In this document: positions 1 to 11,098 of the stretch, in pieces | Position numbering within the stretch: the first letter of the stretch is position 1 | Layout: every line of letters begins with the position of its first letter | DNA from: an uncultured delta proteobacterium | GTDB taxonomy: Bacteria; Myxococcota; UBA727; VGSZ01 | Reading direction: 5' to 3' | NCBI GenBank assembly: GCA_963775425.1 | Contig: CAVZJB010000016.1 | Span: 736,001 to 800,000 of the forward strand | DNA: 64,000 bases | Notes under the pieces: generated by a model | The model's input: the letters and a program-made list of their open reading frames with translations, nothing else | Told to the model about the DNA's origin: nothing | Databases searched by the model: none | Position numbers and translations under genes: made by a program

Positions 1-492
1 CTCGCCACGGGCACGCAGAAGCTGCGCCTGCTGCGCGACGACTACGAGCCCGTCGAGGTCGACGTCCCCGTCTACCCGGGCGGCGTCACCAAGGTGAACG
101 CCCAGATGCGCATCCTGCGCAAGCTCGCCGAGCAGAACCTCGAGGCGCGGCGAACGGCGTGGCGCGACAAGAACCAATGGCACACCGTCGGCGCGTGGAC
201 CAAGATCGCCGGCGGCGGCGTCATCGGCACCGCCGGCGTCCTCTACGGCGTCGGCAACGGCGTCGACAAGCTCCTGACCGGCAAGGGCGCCAACGGCGCC
301 GCCGTCGCCGGCCTCGTCGTCGGCGGCGTCGGCGCCGCCGTGCTCGCCTGGGGCGTCATCGACCTGTTGAACCCGCCGCCGCCGCCGGTGCCCGAGTGGG
401 AGATGGAGCGCAAGGTGACGGTGACGCCGCCCGACGGGAAGGGCGACGAGCAGGTGCACGTCATCCAGGAGGCGCCCGCCACGCGCGAGTGA
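1..492 (+). CDS. PEGA-domain protein with C-terminal hydrophobic segments (5'-partial)
   Basis: Frame 1 is open from base 1: LATGTQKLRLLRDDYEPVEVDVPVYPGGVTKVN resembles the end of a PEGA domain, followed by Gly-rich hydrophobic helices. Confidence 0.55.
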   Translation, partial: LATGTQKLRLLRDDYEPVEVDVPVYPGGVTKVNAQMRILRKLAEQNLEARRTAWRDKNQWHTVGAWTKIAGGGVIGTAGVLYGVGNGVDKLLTGKGANGAAVAGLVVGGVGAAVLAWGVIDLLNPPPPPVPEWEMERKVTVTPPDGKGDEQVHVIQEAPATRE

Positions 493-501
493 GGCGGGCG
501 C

Positions 502-1203
502 TCAATTGGCGTTGCCGCCGGCCGCGCTCCGGCCCGAGCGGCCGCCGAGGAACCGGGAGCGCTCGTCGTCGCGCATCTTCTGGAAGGCGGCGCGCTGATC
601 GTCGTCGTCGAGCACGGCGTCGGCGTTCTCGTCGGTCTTGTCGCGGACGGCGCGCAGCTTGTCGCGCAGGCCGGACCACTCGCCGCTGTCCCGCGCGTCG
701 GCGAAGAGCTGCCGCATCTCGACGAGCTCGGCCTGGAGCATGGTCCCGAGCTGCGCGCGCTGATCGTCCGAGAGCTTGGCGTCGTCCTTGAGGGCGTCGA
801 GCTCGCGATCCACGCGGGCCCGCTGCCGCTCCTCTCGCGCCTGCTGCCGCTCGTCGTCGATGCGCTTGAGCTCGCTGCGGACGAGGTCGGGGACGCGCCC
901 CTCGGCCTCCTCCTCGGCGTCGCTCCCCGCGGCCGCCGCCGCGCCCGGAGCCTGTGGCGGGGCGGCGGCGGAGCCGACCGCGCCGGGCCTGCGCGCGGGG
1001 AAGAAGCGCGCCCCCGGGTCCGCGTCGTCGTCGGCGCGCTCGGCGGCCTGGCCGCGCTCCCGGTCCGCGCGCGCGGGCTGTGCCGCCGCGGGGGGCGCCT
1101 GCTCGAGCGCGGTGATGCGCTTTTGGGCGTTGTAGACCTGCATGGTGAGCGCGGCCACGGCGACGGCGAGAACGGCAGAGGCGACGGAGATGAGACGGAG
1201 CAT
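502..1203 (-). CDS. Hypothetical membrane-anchored or secreted coiled-coil protein
   Basis: ATG at 1203 gives MLRLISVASAVLAVAVAALTM (N-terminal hydrophobic), then a charged helical region. The upstream part of the 502..2568 ORF is shadow. Confidence 0.7.
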   Translation of the reverse strand: MLRLISVASAVLAVAVAALTMQVYNAQKRITALEQAPPAAAQPARADRERGQAAERADDDADPGARFFPARRPGAVGSAAAPPQAPGAAAAAGSDAEEEAEGRVPDLVRSELKRIDDERQQAREERQRARVDRELDALKDDAKLSDDQRAQLGTMLQAELVEMRQLFADARDSGEWSGLRDKLRAVRDKTDENADAVLDDDDQRAAFQKMRDDERSRFLGGRSGRSAAGGNAN

Positions 1204-1365
1204 GCGAGACGACACCCGGCGGCGAGGCCGCGCAAAAAGGACCGGAAAGCCCGGCCGGCGCGCGTGAGGATGCGCGAGGCCGCGGCCGGCGTCCACCGGA
1301 TCCACGTGGCGGCGTGAATCGCACCTGTGGCAGCCGCGTCTTGAGCGGCCATCACAGGAGCTCCT

Positions 1366-2063
1366 TTGACAACCACCCGCGCCGTCGTCGTCACCGCCCT
1401 CGCCACCGCCGTCCTCGTCCTCGGCGGCTGCTTCTCCCCCTGGCTCAAGCGCGCGTCGGGGACGCCGCCGCAGAAGCCCTCGCCGGTGCTCGTCGCCGGC
1501 TTCGTCGTGCACTTCGACGACAACGGCGAAAAGAAGTCGCTCCTCGAGGCCGCCACCGACGTCGCGCAGAACGCGGGCCTCGACGAGCTCGGCAAGAAGG
1601 CCACCGGCCTGCTCGCCGACGCCCTCGCCTCCCGCGGCTACACCGCCAGCTACGACGGCGCGCGGGCGAGGAAGCTCGACGCCGTCGAGATCTCGAGCAA
1701 CGCCGGCACCGCCGCGCTCACGGGCCAGTGGCGCCACCCCGACGCGTCGTATTGGACGCCGCAGCAGGTGGACTCGCTGTTCGTGAAGCCCGCCGACATC
1801 GTCGGCAAGCTCAGGGTCGAGGGGCAAAAGGAGTACTTCGCCTTCGCCGACATCAGCATCGCCGACGCGGGCATCCTCTTCAAAGACCCCGTCGTCATCG
1901 TGCGCACCGCCGTCTACGATCAGGACGCGAACAAGGTGCTCGACCTCGGCGGCCTCGGCGAGGGCAAGAGCGGCTTGTTCATCTCGGATCGCTCGCCGCA
2001 GAACCTCGAGGCGGCGCTGCAAAGGGCGTTCGACTCGGTCACCGCCGCGGCCGAACAGCCCAT

Positions 2064-2067
<4 letters not shown>
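1366..2067 (+). CDS. Hypothetical lipoprotein
   Basis: TTG start after AGGAG; signal peptide with lipobox LVLGGC. Confidence 0.75.
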
Positions 2068-3446
<1,379 letters not shown>

Positions 3447-3547
3447 ACCTGGATGTAGCGTTCGCGCGCGCCGCCGTCTTCGCACGTCGTGCGCCCGCGG
3501 GGGGGCGCGCTCGGCGACGGCCCTTGGCACCCCGAGGTGCGCCGCGA

Positions 3548-6331
3548 TCACTCGTCGCGGGCGTCGTCGACGAGGGCGGCGAGGGTGTTCATGGCCTCGA
3601 GGGGCGTCATGCGCAGGACGTCGAGCTCCTTGAGCCGCGCCCGCAGGTGCAAGGCGGCTTCGCTGCCGGGCGGCGCGCGGTCCTCGGGGGCGGACGGCGG
3701 CGAAAACAGCGACATCTGCGGCGCCGCGCGGCCCGGGCCGGCAGCGTGCGGGCGCGGGACCGGCGCGGCCGCGTCGACGACGAGCGTTCCCTCGAGCGAC
3801 GCGAGCACCTCGCGCGCCCGCTTCAACACCGCCGGCGGAAGCCCCGCCAGCCGCGCGACCTGGATGCCGTAGCTCTGCTCGGCCGGTCCGTCGGCGAGGG
3901 TGCGGACGAAGACGATCTCGTCGTTCCACTCTTTGACGACGATGTGCACGTTCTTCAGGCGCGGCAGGTGCTCCTCGAGCTGCACGAGCTCGTGGTAGTG
4001 CGTGGCGAACAGCGTTCGGCTGCCGGTGACCTCGTGGATGTGCTCCGCCACCGCCCACGCGATGGACAAGCCGTCGTAGGTGCTCGTCCCGCGGCCGATC
4101 TCGTCGAGGAGCACCAGCGAATGCGGGGTGGCCGCGCGCAGGATGTGGCTGGTCTCCGTCATCTCCACCATGAAGGTCGAGCGTCCCTGAGCGAGGTCGT
4201 CGCTGGCGCCGACGCGCGTGAAGATGCGATCGCACACGGACAGCTCCGCGCTCCGGGCCGGGACGAAGGAGCCCGCCTGCGCGAGCAACTGGATGAGCGC
4301 CACCTGCCGCATCATCGTCGACTTGCCCGCCATGTTCGGCCCGGTGACGACGAGGATCTGCCGTTCATCTCCGGACAGCTCCACGCTCGAAGGCACGTAC
4401 GGCTCGCCGCGCTTCTGCGCCGCGCGCTCCACCACGGGGTGGCGCGCGTCCACCAGCGCCAGCCGCCGCTCTTCCTTCTTCACCAGCGAGGGCCGGCACC
4501 AACGCTCGGCGGCGGCCACCTCGGCGAGGGAGACGGAGCAGTCGACGTCGGCGACGCGCTCGGCGAGCGACAACAGGCGCTTGCTCTCCGCGGCGACGCG
4601 CGCGAGCAGGTCCTCGAAGAGCTCCGCCTCGCGCGCCGCGTGCCTCGCCTCCGCCCCCTCCACCTGGTCCTCGAGGGCCGCGAGCTCCTCGGTGACGTAG
4701 CGCTCGCCGTTGGCCACCGTCTGCTTGCGCTTGTACCGCTCGGGGACCTTCTGCAGGTGCGAGCGCGTGACCTCGATGTAGTAGCCGAAGACGCTCGTGT
4801 AGCGGACCTTGAGCGTCGGGATGCCCGTCGCCTTGCGCTCCTCCTCCTCGAGCGCGGCGATGCGTCCGCGGCCGCCGCCGGCGGCGTCGCCGAGCTCGTC
4901 GAGCGCGGCGTCGTGGCCCTTGGCGACGACGGGGCCGGCGCCGAGCGACGTCGCCGGCTCGTCGACGAGGGCGCGGTCGAGGAGCGCGCGCAGGTCATCG
5001 AGGGCGGCGCCCCAGCCGTCCCCGACGCTGTCGTCGGCCGCGCCCCACGCGGCGATGTCCGGCGCGGCGCGGAGCGCGGCGCGCAGGCGCATCAGATCGC
5101 GCGGCGAGGCGCGCCGTGCGGCGGCGCGGGCGACGAGGCGCTCGACGTCGGGAAACCCGGTGAGCGTATCGAGCAGCGCGGCGCGCCGGGCGGGATCGTC
5201 GACGAACGCCTGCACGCGATCGAGCCGCGTCTGCACGACGTCGAGGTCCGCCGACGGCGCGACGAGAGTGCGCAGGAGGCGGCGGCCGCCGGCGGCGGTC
5301 CTCGTGCGGTCGACGACGTGAAGGAGCGTCCCGTCCTTGCGCAGCTCGCCGGGCGGCCCGGTGACCGCGAGGTGCGCGCGCGTGACGGGATCGAGCAGGA
5401 GCTGGTCGTCGACGACGAACGCGCGCGGCGGCAGGAGGTGCGACGGCAGCTTGCCCTGCCCCGTCTCGCGCACGTACTCGAGCGCGAGCTCGCACGCGAG
5501 GAGCGCGTGGCGCTTTCCGGCGAGCCACGCGTCGGGGGCGCCCAGGGCGTCGACGAGCGGGTGCCGCGCGGGCGCCGCGCGGCTCTCGGTGCGCACGCCC
5601 GGCAGCCTGCCGTCGAGGGCGGCGCGCACGGGGGCGAGCATGGTGTCGTCGACGACGACCTCGCGAGGCGACAGGCGCGACAGCTCGTCGACGAGGGCCT
5701 GCTCACCCGGGACGAGGGTGGCGAGCATCTCGCCGGTGGAGACGTCGAGCGCGCACAGCCCGAAGCCGTCGTCGACGCTGCCGGCGACGACGACGCCGGC
5801 GAGGAAGTTGTTGGCGCGCGCCTCGAGGCTCTCGTCCTCGAGCACCATGCCGGGGGTGACGATGCGGGTGACGTCGCGCTTGACGATGCCCTTGGCGAGC
5901 GCGGGGTCCTCGAGCTGATCGCAGACGGCGACCTTGAGGCCGGCGGCGATGAGCTTGGCGATGTAGACGGGCGCCTGCGGGTGCGGGAAGCCCGCCATGG
6001 GCATGGCGTCGTCACCCTTGTCGCGATCGCGGGTGGTGACGGCGAGGTCGAGCACCCGGCCGCCGAGCACGGCGTCGTCGTGGAACAGCTCGTAGAAGTC
6101 TCCCATGCGAAACAGCAGCACCGCGTCCTTGGCCTTGGCCTTGGCCTCGAGCCACTGCTTGAGCATGGGCGTGACGCGCGCCGACGGCGGCAGGCTGACG
6201 CCGGCGGCGGCGATGAGGGCGGCGTCCTCCGCCTTCTCCGCCCCGTTGGCGCCGCGCGGGCGGCGGCGGCCCCCCTTGTCGGGCGCCGCGGTGCCACCGG
6301 GAGGTGCGGCCGCGCCGCGATCGTCCGCCAT
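3548..6331 (-). CDS. mutS: DNA mismatch repair protein MutS
   Basis: [10 protein letters not shown] mismatch-binding motif, [10 protein letters not shown] Walker [28 protein letters not shown]. Confidence 0.97.
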   Translation of the reverse strand: MADDRGAAAPPGGTAAPDKGGRRRPRGANGAEKAEDAALIAAAGVSLPPSARVTPMLKQWLEAKAKAKDAVLLFRMGDFYELFHDDAVLGGRVLDLAVTTRDRDKGDDAMPMAGFPHPQAPVYIAKLIAAGLKVAVCDQLEDPALAKGIVKRDVTRIVTPGMVLEDESLEARANNFLAGVVVAGSVDDGFGLCALDVSTGEMLATLVPGEQALVDELSRLSPREVVVDDTMLAPVRAALDGRLPGVRTESRAAPARHPLVDALGAPDAWLAGKRHALLACELALEYVRETGQGKLPSHLLPPRAFVVDDQLLLDPVTRAHLAVTGPPGELRKDGTLLHVVDRTRTAAGGRRLLRTLVAPSADLDVVQTRLDRVQAFVDDPARRAALLDTLTGFPDVERLVARAAARRASPRDLMRLRAALRAAPDIAAWGAADDSVGDGWGAALDDLRALLDRALVDEPATSLGAGPVVAKGHDAALDELGDAAGGGRGRIAALEEEERKATGIPTLKVRYTSVFGYYIEVTRSHLQKVPERYKRKQTVANGERYVTEELAALEDQVEGAEARHAAREAELFEDLLARVAAESKRLLSLAERVADVDCSVSLAEVAAAERWCRPSLVKKEERRLALVDARHPVVERAAQKRGEPYVPSSVELSGDERQILVVTGPNMAGKSTMMRQVALIQLLAQAGSFVPARSAELSVCDRIFTRVGASDDLAQGRSTFMVEMTETSHILRAATPHSLVLLDEIGRGTSTYDGLSIAWAVAEHIHEVTGSRTLFATHYHELVQLEEHLPRLKNVHIVVKEWNDEIVFVRTLADGPAEQSYGIQVARLAGLPPAVLKRAREVLASLEGTLVVDAAAPVPRPHAAGPGRAAPQMSLFSPPSAPEDRAPPGSEAALHLRARLKELDVLRMTPLEAMNTLAALVDDARDE

Positions 6332-6387
6332 CGCGCTCGACCGTTAGTGCATTGCAGCGGCCGCGTCGACGCGGCATCGGCGCGACG

Positions 6388-6723
6388 ATGACCTCGTTGA
6401 CCCCGAAGCAGCGCACGTTCCTCCAGGCCCTGGCGCACGACAAGAAGCCCATCGTGCTCGTCGGGCACAAGGGGATCTCCGACGCCGTCGTGAAGGAGAC
6501 ACAGGGGGCGCTCCTCGCGCACGAGCTCATCAAGGTCCGCCTCGCGGCGGCGGAGGAGGGCGGCAGCCTCGACGACGACGCCACCGCGCTCGCCGAACGC
6601 TCCGGCGCCGCGCTCGTCGCCCGCCTCGGCCGCGTCGTCATCCTCTATCGGCGGCACCCCGACACGCCGCGGATCAAGCTGCCGAAGCCGAAGAAGGGCT
6701 TGTTCGACGTCACCGGCGGGTGA
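6388..6723 (+). CDS. yhbY: YhbY/CRM-domain RNA-binding protein
   Basis: LTPKQRTFLQALAH..KPIVLVGHKG...HELIKV...GRVVILYR. Confidence 0.9.
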   Translation: MTSLTPKQRTFLQALAHDKKPIVLVGHKGISDAVVKETQGALLAHELIKVRLAAAEEGGSLDDDATALAERSGAALVARLGRVVILYRRHPDTPRIKLPKPKKGLFDVTGG

Positions 6724-6859
6724 GGCCGCCCGGAACGCACGACGACGCTCCACGCAGCGCCTAGGGCGGGTGTCGTAGCGCGACGCGGGGACGGCGAAGC
6801 GACGACGGCGGCGGCGGCGGGGCGCCCCGATAACGCACTCGACACACACGAGGTGCCCG

Positions 6860-8449
6860 GTGCGCATCGCCATCGTCTTCGCCGTCGTCGCGCTCGCCGC
6901 CTGCCAGGGCGAACCCCTGCAAGCGCTCGTCCCCGCCATCGCCATCGGCGACCCCATCGACCCGGCGGCGTCCGTCTGCGCCACCGCCCGCGTCCGCGAC
7001 TGCCGCGCGGACCTGGGCGACGTCGTCGCCGGCGCCTCCGCGCTGCTCTCGTTCACGATCGAGGACCCCTCGCGCACGGGCCTCCGCGTGCAGAGCGTCA
7101 CGATCACCGGCTCGCCGAGCTTCGCCCTCGAGGGCGTCATCCCCGGCGACGTCGAGCCCGGCGAGCACGCCGTCGTCACCGTGCGCTTCACCCCCGCCGC
7201 CGCCACCGACGAGAGCGCCGAGATCGTCGTCAAGAGCGACGCCGGCAACCTCGATCCCGGTGCGGACGTCGTCATCGACGTCGCCGGCCGCGGCGTGGAC
7301 GCCGGCGCCCCCGCCGTCGCCGTCGAGCCCGGCGCCTGCGACTTCGGCCCGGTCGGCCTCGGCGCCCGCGCCTTGTGCGCGCTCTCGATCGCCAACACCG
7401 GCACCCGGGCGCTCCGCGTCAGCGGGCTCGACCTCGACGACGGCGGCGTCTTCAGCGTCGACGCCGCGCCGACGCTCCCCGCCGACATCCAACCGGGCAC
7501 CGCGGTGACCGCCAGCTTCGCCGCCGTCCCCGTCGACGTGGACGCGCGAACGGGCACCCTCCACGTCGCGAGCGACGACCCCGAGCGTCCCGTCGTCGAC
7601 GTCCCCTTCGTCGTGCGCGGCGCCGAAGCGCCCACCGCCGTCGCGCGGGTCGCGCGCATCAACGGCACCGACAACGCGTCGAGCACGCCCGCGGTGGAGC
7701 CGCTCGACGACGTGGTGCTGAGCGGCGACCAGAGCGCCGGCTACGGCGGGGCCCTCGTGACCGCCTGGCACTGGACGCTCCTCGAAAAGCCCGCGGAGTC
7801 GTCGGTGGTCCTGTCCGCGCCGGACGCCGTGGAGACCGGCTTCGTGTTCTCGAGCGCCGCGGGCGACGTCTCCGGCGTCGACGTCGCCGGCACCTTCCGC
7901 GTCGGCCTCACCGTCACCGACTCCACCGGCGCCGTCTCCCAAAACGACGCCGCCGTCACCCTCAACGCGGTGCCCACCGAGGGGCTGCACCTCCAGCTCA
8001 CCTGGAGCGTGGACGAGGACGATCTCGACCTGCACCTCGGGCGCGACATCCCCGTGGACTGGTGCGGCCACGACGACTGCTACTACGGCAACTGCGAGGG
8101 CTCGGCGCTCGACTGGGACGGCCCCGGCAGCCACGCGGGCGACCCCACCCTCGACATCGACGACACCCGCGGCTTCGGCCCCGAGAACATCAGCATCGAC
8201 GCCCCCGTCGACGGCAACTACGTCATCGTCGTTCACGCCTACGACGGCAATGGCGGCGCACCCGGCTTCGCGCCCGCGGACGTGACGGTGAAGGTCTTCG
8301 TGGGCGGCGCCCTGGTGCAACAGTTCCTCGGCCACCTCGACGCGAGGAACCAGTTCTGGCACGTGGCCCGCATCGACGTCGCCGGCGGCCAGGTCTCGAT
8401 CACGCCCGTCGATCATATCGGCGGAACGCCGTCGGCGTGCGCGAGCTGA
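6860..8449 (+). CDS. Lipoprotein with two Ig-like (choice-of-anchor D/ASH) domains, a PKD-like domain and a C-terminal YfaP/DUF2135-like domain
   Basis: Lipobox ALAAC; CDFGPV..IANTGTRALRVS; ASDDPERP; LQLTW..DDLDLH..LDIDDTRGFGPENI. Confidence 0.75.
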   Translation: MRIAIVFAVVALAACQGEPLQALVPAIAIGDPIDPAASVCATARVRDCRADLGDVVAGASALLSFTIEDPSRTGLRVQSVTITGSPSFALEGVIPGDVEPGEHAVVTVRFTPAAATDESAEIVVKSDAGNLDPGADVVIDVAGRGVDAGAPAVAVEPGACDFGPVGLGARALCALSIANTGTRALRVSGLDLDDGGVFSVDAAPTLPADIQPGTAVTASFAAVPVDVDARTGTLHVASDDPERPVVDVPFVVRGAEAPTAVARVARINGTDNASSTPAVEPLDDVVLSGDQSAGYGGALVTAWHWTLLEKPAESSVVLSAPDAVETGFVFSSAAGDVSGVDVAGTFRVGLTVTDSTGAVSQNDAAVTLNAVPTEGLHLQLTWSVDEDDLDLHLGRDIPVDWCGHDDCYYGNCEGSALDWDGPGSHAGDPTLDIDDTRGFGPENISIDAPVDGNYVIVVHAYDGNGGAPGFAPADVTVKVFVGGALVQQFLGHLDARNQFWHVARIDVAGGQVSITPVDHIGGTPSACAS

Positions 8450-8467
8450 CCCCACGTCGGGATCGGC

Positions 8468-9658
8468 TCAGTGGCGGTGCTCCATCAGGCGCTTGGCCTG
8501 GATCTGCACCTGCGAGGGGATCTGCTTGGAGCGCGCGAGCGAGCGGAGATCGTTCTGGCGCAGCAGGGGCAGCCAACGCATCACCAGCGTCGGCGGCGTC
8601 TTGGGGTTCTGCACGAGGTTGTATTTGACGGCGTAGCTCTTGGTCCAATCGCCGTTGTTGCAGATGAAGCGGATGACGTCTTCGTGCATGGACCGCGAAC
8701 GGGAGATCTTGACGACGTCGTTGTCCTTGATCTTCGGGTTGCGGATGCCGGCGCCGGCCACCATGCGGTTGGGTGAGGTGAGCGCCTCCACCGCGCGGGC
8801 GTGGCTGCCCGTGAGGGCCAGCTTGATCTGCACGGGGAGCTTGTACGCGAACAGCGAGCCGCCCACGTCGTCGACGGAGTGCTCCGGGCTCTTGCCCTCG
8901 GCGATGGCGTCGAGGAGCTCTTCGTTGGCCTCCGCCTCGTCACCGAAGATGAGCTGCTCGGGCGTGAGCCCCTGCGCGTCGAGCTTGGCCTGCTGCTTGG
9001 GGGTGAGGTCGTCGCGGGTGACCCTCACCTTCTTGATGGCCTCGAGCATCTCGCTCTTGCCGAGGCGCAGGAAGCTGTCCTCGAACTCGGACATGTCGTC
9101 GAGGAAGACGCCTTCGCGGACGAGGAAGTCGATGGCGCGGTCGAGGTCGGAGCGCAGGCACTTGGGGTTCTTCTGGAGCCCGCGGACGATGTCGTGCTCG
9201 CGGAGCAGGCGCTCCTGGTTCTCCAGGACGACGTTGATGATCTTCTCGTCGGACGCGTGGCGCGCGACGTAGACGAAGCCCTTGTCCGGCGTGGCCTTGT
9301 TGAGCAGCAGCCGCTCGACGGCGGCGAACTTGTCGACGAGCGTGTGGCAGAGCGCCTGCAGGAGCTGCGGCGGCGTCTGGGCGTCGGCGAGGAGGGGCGC
9401 GAGGAGCTTGTCGTCGAGGGTCCGGAAGGTCTTGGTGGCCGCCGCCGCGATCTTGGGGTCGGGGTCCATCATCAACTGGTAGATGATGGGCACGAGGTTC
9501 TTGGGGGGGATCGGCGCCATGGCCCGCGCCGCCATCATGCGCATGGGCGGCGGGCTGTTCGGGTCCATGCTCTTCGCGAACTGCTCCGGCACGGCGCCGG
9601 CGGGCAGCGGTTCGAGCGGAAGATCGTCCTGCGGGGCTGGTGCCGGCGCGTCGCTCAT
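8468..9658 (-). CDS. Conserved alpha-helical repeat protein of unknown function
   Basis: Clean high-GC3 ORF with repeated NKATP/NPKI/NPKTP helical motifs; start MSDAPAP inferred. Confidence 0.75.
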   Translation of the reverse strand: MSDAPAPAPQDDLPLEPLPAGAVPEQFAKSMDPNSPPPMRMMAARAMAPIPPKNLVPIIYQLMMDPDPKIAAAATKTFRTLDDKLLAPLLADAQTPPQLLQALCHTLVDKFAAVERLLLNKATPDKGFVYVARHASDEKIINVVLENQERLLREHDIVRGLQKNPKCLRSDLDRAIDFLVREGVFLDDMSEFEDSFLRLGKSEMLEAIKKVRVTRDDLTPKQQAKLDAQGLTPEQLIFGDEAEANEELLDAIAEGKSPEHSVDDVGGSLFAYKLPVQIKLALTGSHARAVEALTSPNRMVAGAGIRNPKIKDNDVVKISRSRSMHEDVIRFICNNGDWTKSYAVKYNLVQNPKTPPTLVMRWLPLLRQNDLRSLARSKQIPSQVQIQAKRLMEHRH

Positions 9659-9719
9659 GGTGAGAGGATGTACCGCGACGTGCGGCGAGGGCAATGCCGG
9701 CCGAGCGGCTCTCGAGACC

Positions 9720-10994
9720 TCACGTCCACTTCAAGTGGCTGTGCAAAAGGTCGCGCGCGATCTGATCAACGGTCGTGTTCTTCGCGTCCGCGAGGCGCCG
9801 GAGGGCCTCCAGGTCCGAGGCGCTGAGCTTGACGCGCAGCTCGCCGCCCTTGCCGGGGCGGCCGGGCGAAGTGCCGTGACCGTTTCCGTTCCGCGCGGAC
9901 GGCATCGCGCTGTCGGTGAGCGCGCGGCCGCCCACCTCCTCGAGCTCGAGGATCTCGTCCTCGTGGTCGACGCCGACGTCGCCCTCCGGCGGCCGCTGCG
10001 CGCGCGCCGAGCTCTCGCGCTGCTCCTTGTCCCGGATGAGCAGCTCCTTTTCGCGCTCGATCTCGTCGCCGAAGATCTGCTTGAGGAAGTTGGAGAGGTG
10101 GATGTTCGACGGGGTGAACTCGGACGACGCCAGGTACGTGTCGATGTCGAACTGCATCTCCCACGCCGACTGGTAGCGCTTCTCCTTGTCCTTCTCGAGC
10201 GATTTCATCAAAATACGTTCGACGGACTCGGGGACGTCTTCCTTGAAATAAGAAGGCGGGTAGATCTTGCCGTCAATGATTGACTTCAAGATGGCCATCT
10301 CGTTCTCGCCGGTGAACAGCTTGTACCCGGTGATCCACTCGTACACGACGGAGCCGAGGGCGAAGATGTCGCTGCGGGCGTCGAGCGGCGCGCCCATCGC
10401 CTGCTCGGGCGACATATAGCTCAGCTTCCCCTTGATCTCGCCGGCGCGCGTCTGCTCGATCTGCGTGTTGGCCTTGGCGATGCCGAAGTCGACGATCTTC
10501 ACCGTGCCGTTGAAGCCGACCAGGATGTTCTCGGGCGTGACGTCGCGGTGGACGACGTGCAGCGGGTTGCCGTAGGCGTCGGACTTGGTGTGCGCGTAGA
10601 ACAGGCCCTCGCAGACGTTGGACGCGATGCGCAGCGCGTAGATCATCGGGAACGGGATGCCCGCCTTTTCGGCCTTGGGGATGATGCGGGACATGTCGCG
10701 CCCGGAGATATACTCCATCGCGATGAAATATGAGTCATTGATGCGGCCCAAATCATAGATTTGGACGATATTTGGATGATTCAGTTGCGCCGCGAGCTTG
10801 GCCTCGTTGAGGAACATGCGCACGAAGTTCGGCTGCGACGAGAGGTGCGGCCGGATGCGCTTGATGCAGATGGTCTTCTCGAAGCCCTCGAGACCCTCCT
10901 GCCTCGCGAGGAAGATCTCGGCCATGCCGCCGACCGCGATGCGGTTCAGCAGGCTGTATTTGCCGAAGCGGGTGCCGCGGGGGCCCGTGCTCAC
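9720..10994 (-). CDS. Cytoplasmic Hanks-type Ser/Thr protein kinase with a C-terminal ribbon-helix-helix-like domain
   Basis: GGMAEIF, ICIKR, HRDVTPEN, DFG, GKLSYMSPEQ; no TM segment; tail ELRVKLSASDLEALRRLADAKNTTVDQIARDLL; GTG start at 10994. Confidence 0.9.
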   Translation of the reverse strand: MSTGPRGTRFGKYSLLNRIAVGGMAEIFLARQEGLEGFEKTICIKRIRPHLSSQPNFVRMFLNEAKLAAQLNHPNIVQIYDLGRINDSYFIAMEYISGRDMSRIIPKAEKAGIPFPMIYALRIASNVCEGLFYAHTKSDAYGNPLHVVHRDVTPENILVGFNGTVKIVDFGIAKANTQIEQTRAGEIKGKLSYMSPEQAMGAPLDARSDIFALGSVVYEWITGYKLFTGENEMAILKSIIDGKIYPPSYFKEDVPESVERILMKSLEKDKEKRYQSAWEMQFDIDTYLASSEFTPSNIHLSNFLKQIFGDEIEREKELLIRDKEQRESSARAQRPPEGDVGVDHEDEILELEEVGGRALTDSAMPSARNGNGHGTSPGRPGKGGELRVKLSASDLEALRRLADAKNTTVDQIARDLLHSHLKWT

Positions 10995-11001
10995 GCGGCG
11001 C

Positions 11002-11010
11002 AGCCTAGCA
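11002..11010 (-). promoter_or_regulatory. Extended -10 (TGcTAGGCT), putative leaderless promoter of the kinase
   Basis: TAnnnT hexamer 7 nt before GTG 10994, no Shine-Dalgarno. Confidence 0.5.
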
Positions 11011-11098
11011 GACCCGAGGCGCCGCGAGGGGCGCGGGGCCCCTCCCCGCCTGCGCCGGGGGATTGCACAGCGCCGCCGGGGCAAGAAGGCTGCGGGCC

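Noticed and set aside
3524-6391. 955-aa + strand ORF, and similar long ORFs such as 42316..46308, 16384..19434 and 56522..58966
   Set aside because: These are antisense shadows of real genes, expected from stop-codon scarcity at very high GC.
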